Source of the DNA: Actinomycetota bacterium | Lineage (GTDB): Bacteria; Actinomycetota; Actinomycetes; Nanopelagicales; Nanopelagicaceae | DNA length: 42,451 nucleotides | Reading direction: 5' to 3' | Assembly (NCBI GenBank): GCA_947452525.1 | Contig: CANGCW010000001.1 | Coordinates: 1-42,451 of the forward strand | Made by a program: the position numbers and the translations under genes | The notes under the pieces: model-generated | Told to the model about the DNA's origin: nothing | Seen by the model: only the letters and a program-made list of their open reading frames with translations | Databases searched by the model: none | Part shown: in pieces, positions 40,955-42,451 of the stretch | Layout of the letters: every line of letters starts with the position of its first letter | Position numbering within the stretch: position 1 is the first letter of the stretch

Positions 40955-41676
40955 TACTTGCAGACCTTCAACGCATCTTGAAGTGTGAATGCTCCGGCGT
41001 AGAGAGCCTTACCTGTGATTGCACCTTCAACACCGATAGAAGTTAAAGCCTTGAGCGCAGCGAGGTCATCGAGAGATGAGATTCCCCCTGAGGCAACAAC
41101 TGGGTTCTTCGTCGCAGCACAGACTTCTTGCAGAAGTTGAACATTCGGACCCATAAGCGTTCCATCTTTTGTTACATCTGTGACGATGTAACGTGCGCAG
41201 CCATCTCTATCAAGACGTTCAATAGTTTCAAAGAGCTCTCCGCCCTCCTTCGTCCATCCGCGAGCAGCGAGGGTATGTCCACGAACATCCAACCCGACAG
41301 CGATTCGAGGTCCGTACTTTGCAATGACCTTCGCCGTCCATTCTGGGTTCTCAAGTGCTGCTGTGCCAAGATTGACGCGTTCGCAGCCAGTTGAGAGCGC
41401 CCGACGGAGCGATTCATCATCGCGAATACCACCGGAGAGTTCTACTCGAATGTCAACGCTAGCAATTACCTGGGCTAAGAGTTCGGCATTGCTTCCAATC
41501 CCAAATGCCGCATCAAGATCGACGAGGTGAATCCACTCCGCGCCAGCATGGAGAAACTCCTGTGCCACTTCAAGTGGATTGCCATATTGAGTCTCCTGGG
41601 CGAGTTCGCCCTGCACTAACCGAACGGCGCGGCCATCCTTCACATCAATGGCGGGAAGAAGTTCTAACTTACTCAT
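40954..41676 (-). CDS. priA: bifunctional ProFAR/PRA isomerase (PriA-type HisA)
   Basis: 240 aa. [24 protein letters not shown]...[10 protein letters not shown]...[12 protein letters not shown] is nearly collinear with Streptomyces PriA as I recall it. No trpF is present in the adjacent trp genes. Confidence 0.9.
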   Translation of the reverse strand: MSKLELLPAIDVKDGRAVRLVQGELAQETQYGNPLEVAQEFLHAGAEWIHLVDLDAAFGIGSNAELLAQVIASVDIRVELSGGIRDDESLRRALSTGCERVNLGTAALENPEWTAKVIAKYGPRIAVGLDVRGHTLAARGWTKEGGELFETIERLDRDGCARYIVTDVTKDGTLMGPNVQLLQEVCAATKNPVVASGGISSLDDLAALKALTSIGVEGAITGKALYAGAFTLQDALKVCK

Positions 41677-42269
41677 AGCGATTCGACCCAGTTCTTGATT
41701 AGCCGAGCTCCAGCAGCGCCGCTCTTCTCGGGGTGAAATTGTGTAGTGCTTACTAAATCGGTCTCAACTGCTGCAAGGAATCGATCCCCATACTCTGCAA
41801 AGGTGTTGATTACCCCAGCTACGGGCTGATGAGCGGCATAAGAATGTACAAAGTAGAAAGATTCGTTTTCAACGCCTTGAAAGAGAGTCGAGCCCTCCCC
41901 CGCAACAACGGTATTCCAGCCAATGTGCGGGAGCACTGGGTTATCAATGGCAGTGACTGCCCCAGCGAAGAGGCCAAGACCCGTTGCGCTCTCTTTCTCA
42001 GTTCCCGTCTCAAAGAAGATCTGCATTCCCACACATATGCCTAAGGTCTTCTTGCCAGCAGCAATCCGATTCTTAATAATCTGGTCACCGCCAGCTGCAA
42101 CCAATTGATTCATACACGCGGCGTATGCACCGACGCCAGGAACAACCAGTCCTTCCGCCTCAGCGGCTACTACTGCATCACGAGTAACGAGGACATCCAC
42201 ACCTGCAGCAGCAAAAGCCCGCTCGGCAGATCGAAGATTGCCCGAACCGTAATCAAGAATTGCGATCAA
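41673..42269 (-). CDS. hisH: imidazole glycerol phosphate synthase glutaminase subunit
   Basis: 198 aa, class-I GATase with nucleophile GICVGMQ and QFHPEKS. The TTG start overlaps the hisB stop (TTGA). Confidence 0.95.
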   Translation of the reverse strand: MIAILDYGSGNLRSAERAFAAAGVDVLVTRDAVVAAEAEGLVVPGVGAYAACMNQLVAAGGDQIIKNRIAAGKKTLGICVGMQIFFETGTEKESATGLGLFAGAVTAIDNPVLPHIGWNTVVAGEGSTLFQGVENESFYFVHSYAAHQPVAGVINTFAEYGDRFLAAVETDLVSTTQFHPEKSGAAGARLIKNWVESL

Positions 42270-42451
42270 AGAGTGCCCTTAGTTGACGGGATGCCTGTGA
42301 TGCGAGAGTCAAGTGCAACTGCATCGCGAAGTGCACGTGCAACAGCCTTGAACTGCGCCTCGAAGACGTGATGAGCATTGCGACCTTCAAGCACTCGAAC
42401 GTGAAGCGCGATACGCGCCTCAGCAATAATTGACTCCCAGATATGGCGACC
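42266..42451 (-). CDS. hisB: imidazoleglycerol-phosphate dehydratase, C-terminal 61 aa (5' end outside the window)
   Basis: Hand translation of the minus strand gives [61 protein letters not shown]. It is not in the ORF track because it is truncated by the window edge. Confidence 0.9.
   Translation of the reverse strand, partial: GRHIWESIIAEARIALHVRVLEGRNAHHVFEAQFKAVARALRDAVALDSRITGIPSTKGTL

Overview
This 42.45-kb window is an almost gap-free core-genome segment from an actinobacterium. That placement rests on WhiA, a PdtaR-type ANTAR regulator, a PriA-type HisA, and gene order matching Mycobacterium/Streptomyces; GC looks moderate by eye. I call 37 CDS and 1 tRNA, and 35 CDS plus the tRNA lie on the minus strand.

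Read 5'->3' on the minus strand (right to left), the order is:
- hisB(partial)-hisH-priA-hisF-hisI-trpE-[48-aa micro-ORF]-trpC-trpB-trpA
- dsbA-like-lgt-VIT1
- gltB-gltD, pyk, tRNA-pdtaR
- livK | livH-livM-livG-livF
- (+ strand: PaaI thioesterase), polA, (+ strand: MFS transporter)
- rpsA | coaE-uvrB-uvrA-uvrC-rapZ-yvcK-whiA | gap-pgk-tpiA-secG

By my tally only about 1.4 kb (about 3%) is intergenic, and many junctions are ATGA/TAATG overlaps. I see no CRISPR array, transposase, integrase, phage, toxin-antitoxin or defence genes, and no multi-gene block of unknown function. I therefore cannot support a claim of a large novel system here.

The items worth a second look are small-scale:
1. A 73-nt tRNA has a Leu anticodon (CAA) but a class-I body with a short variable loop.
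2. That tRNA's 3' end lies 1 nt from the pdtaR start codon, which implies a tRNA-mRNA co-transcript and an effectively leaderless regulator mRNA.
3. An unannotated 48-aa membrane micro-ORF is coupled by ATGA overlaps at both ends between trpE and trpC.
4. uvrB, uvrA and uvrC sit in one coupled array that joins two syntenic blocks which are separate in other actinobacteria.
5. Several SD-less genes have a TANNNT box 7-8 nt before the start codon, including a 31-bp back-to-back pair at polA/thioesterase.
6. An ANTAR regulator sits directly upstream of a 188-nt structured liv leader.

All product calls come from motif and sequence recognition by eye. No database search was run.
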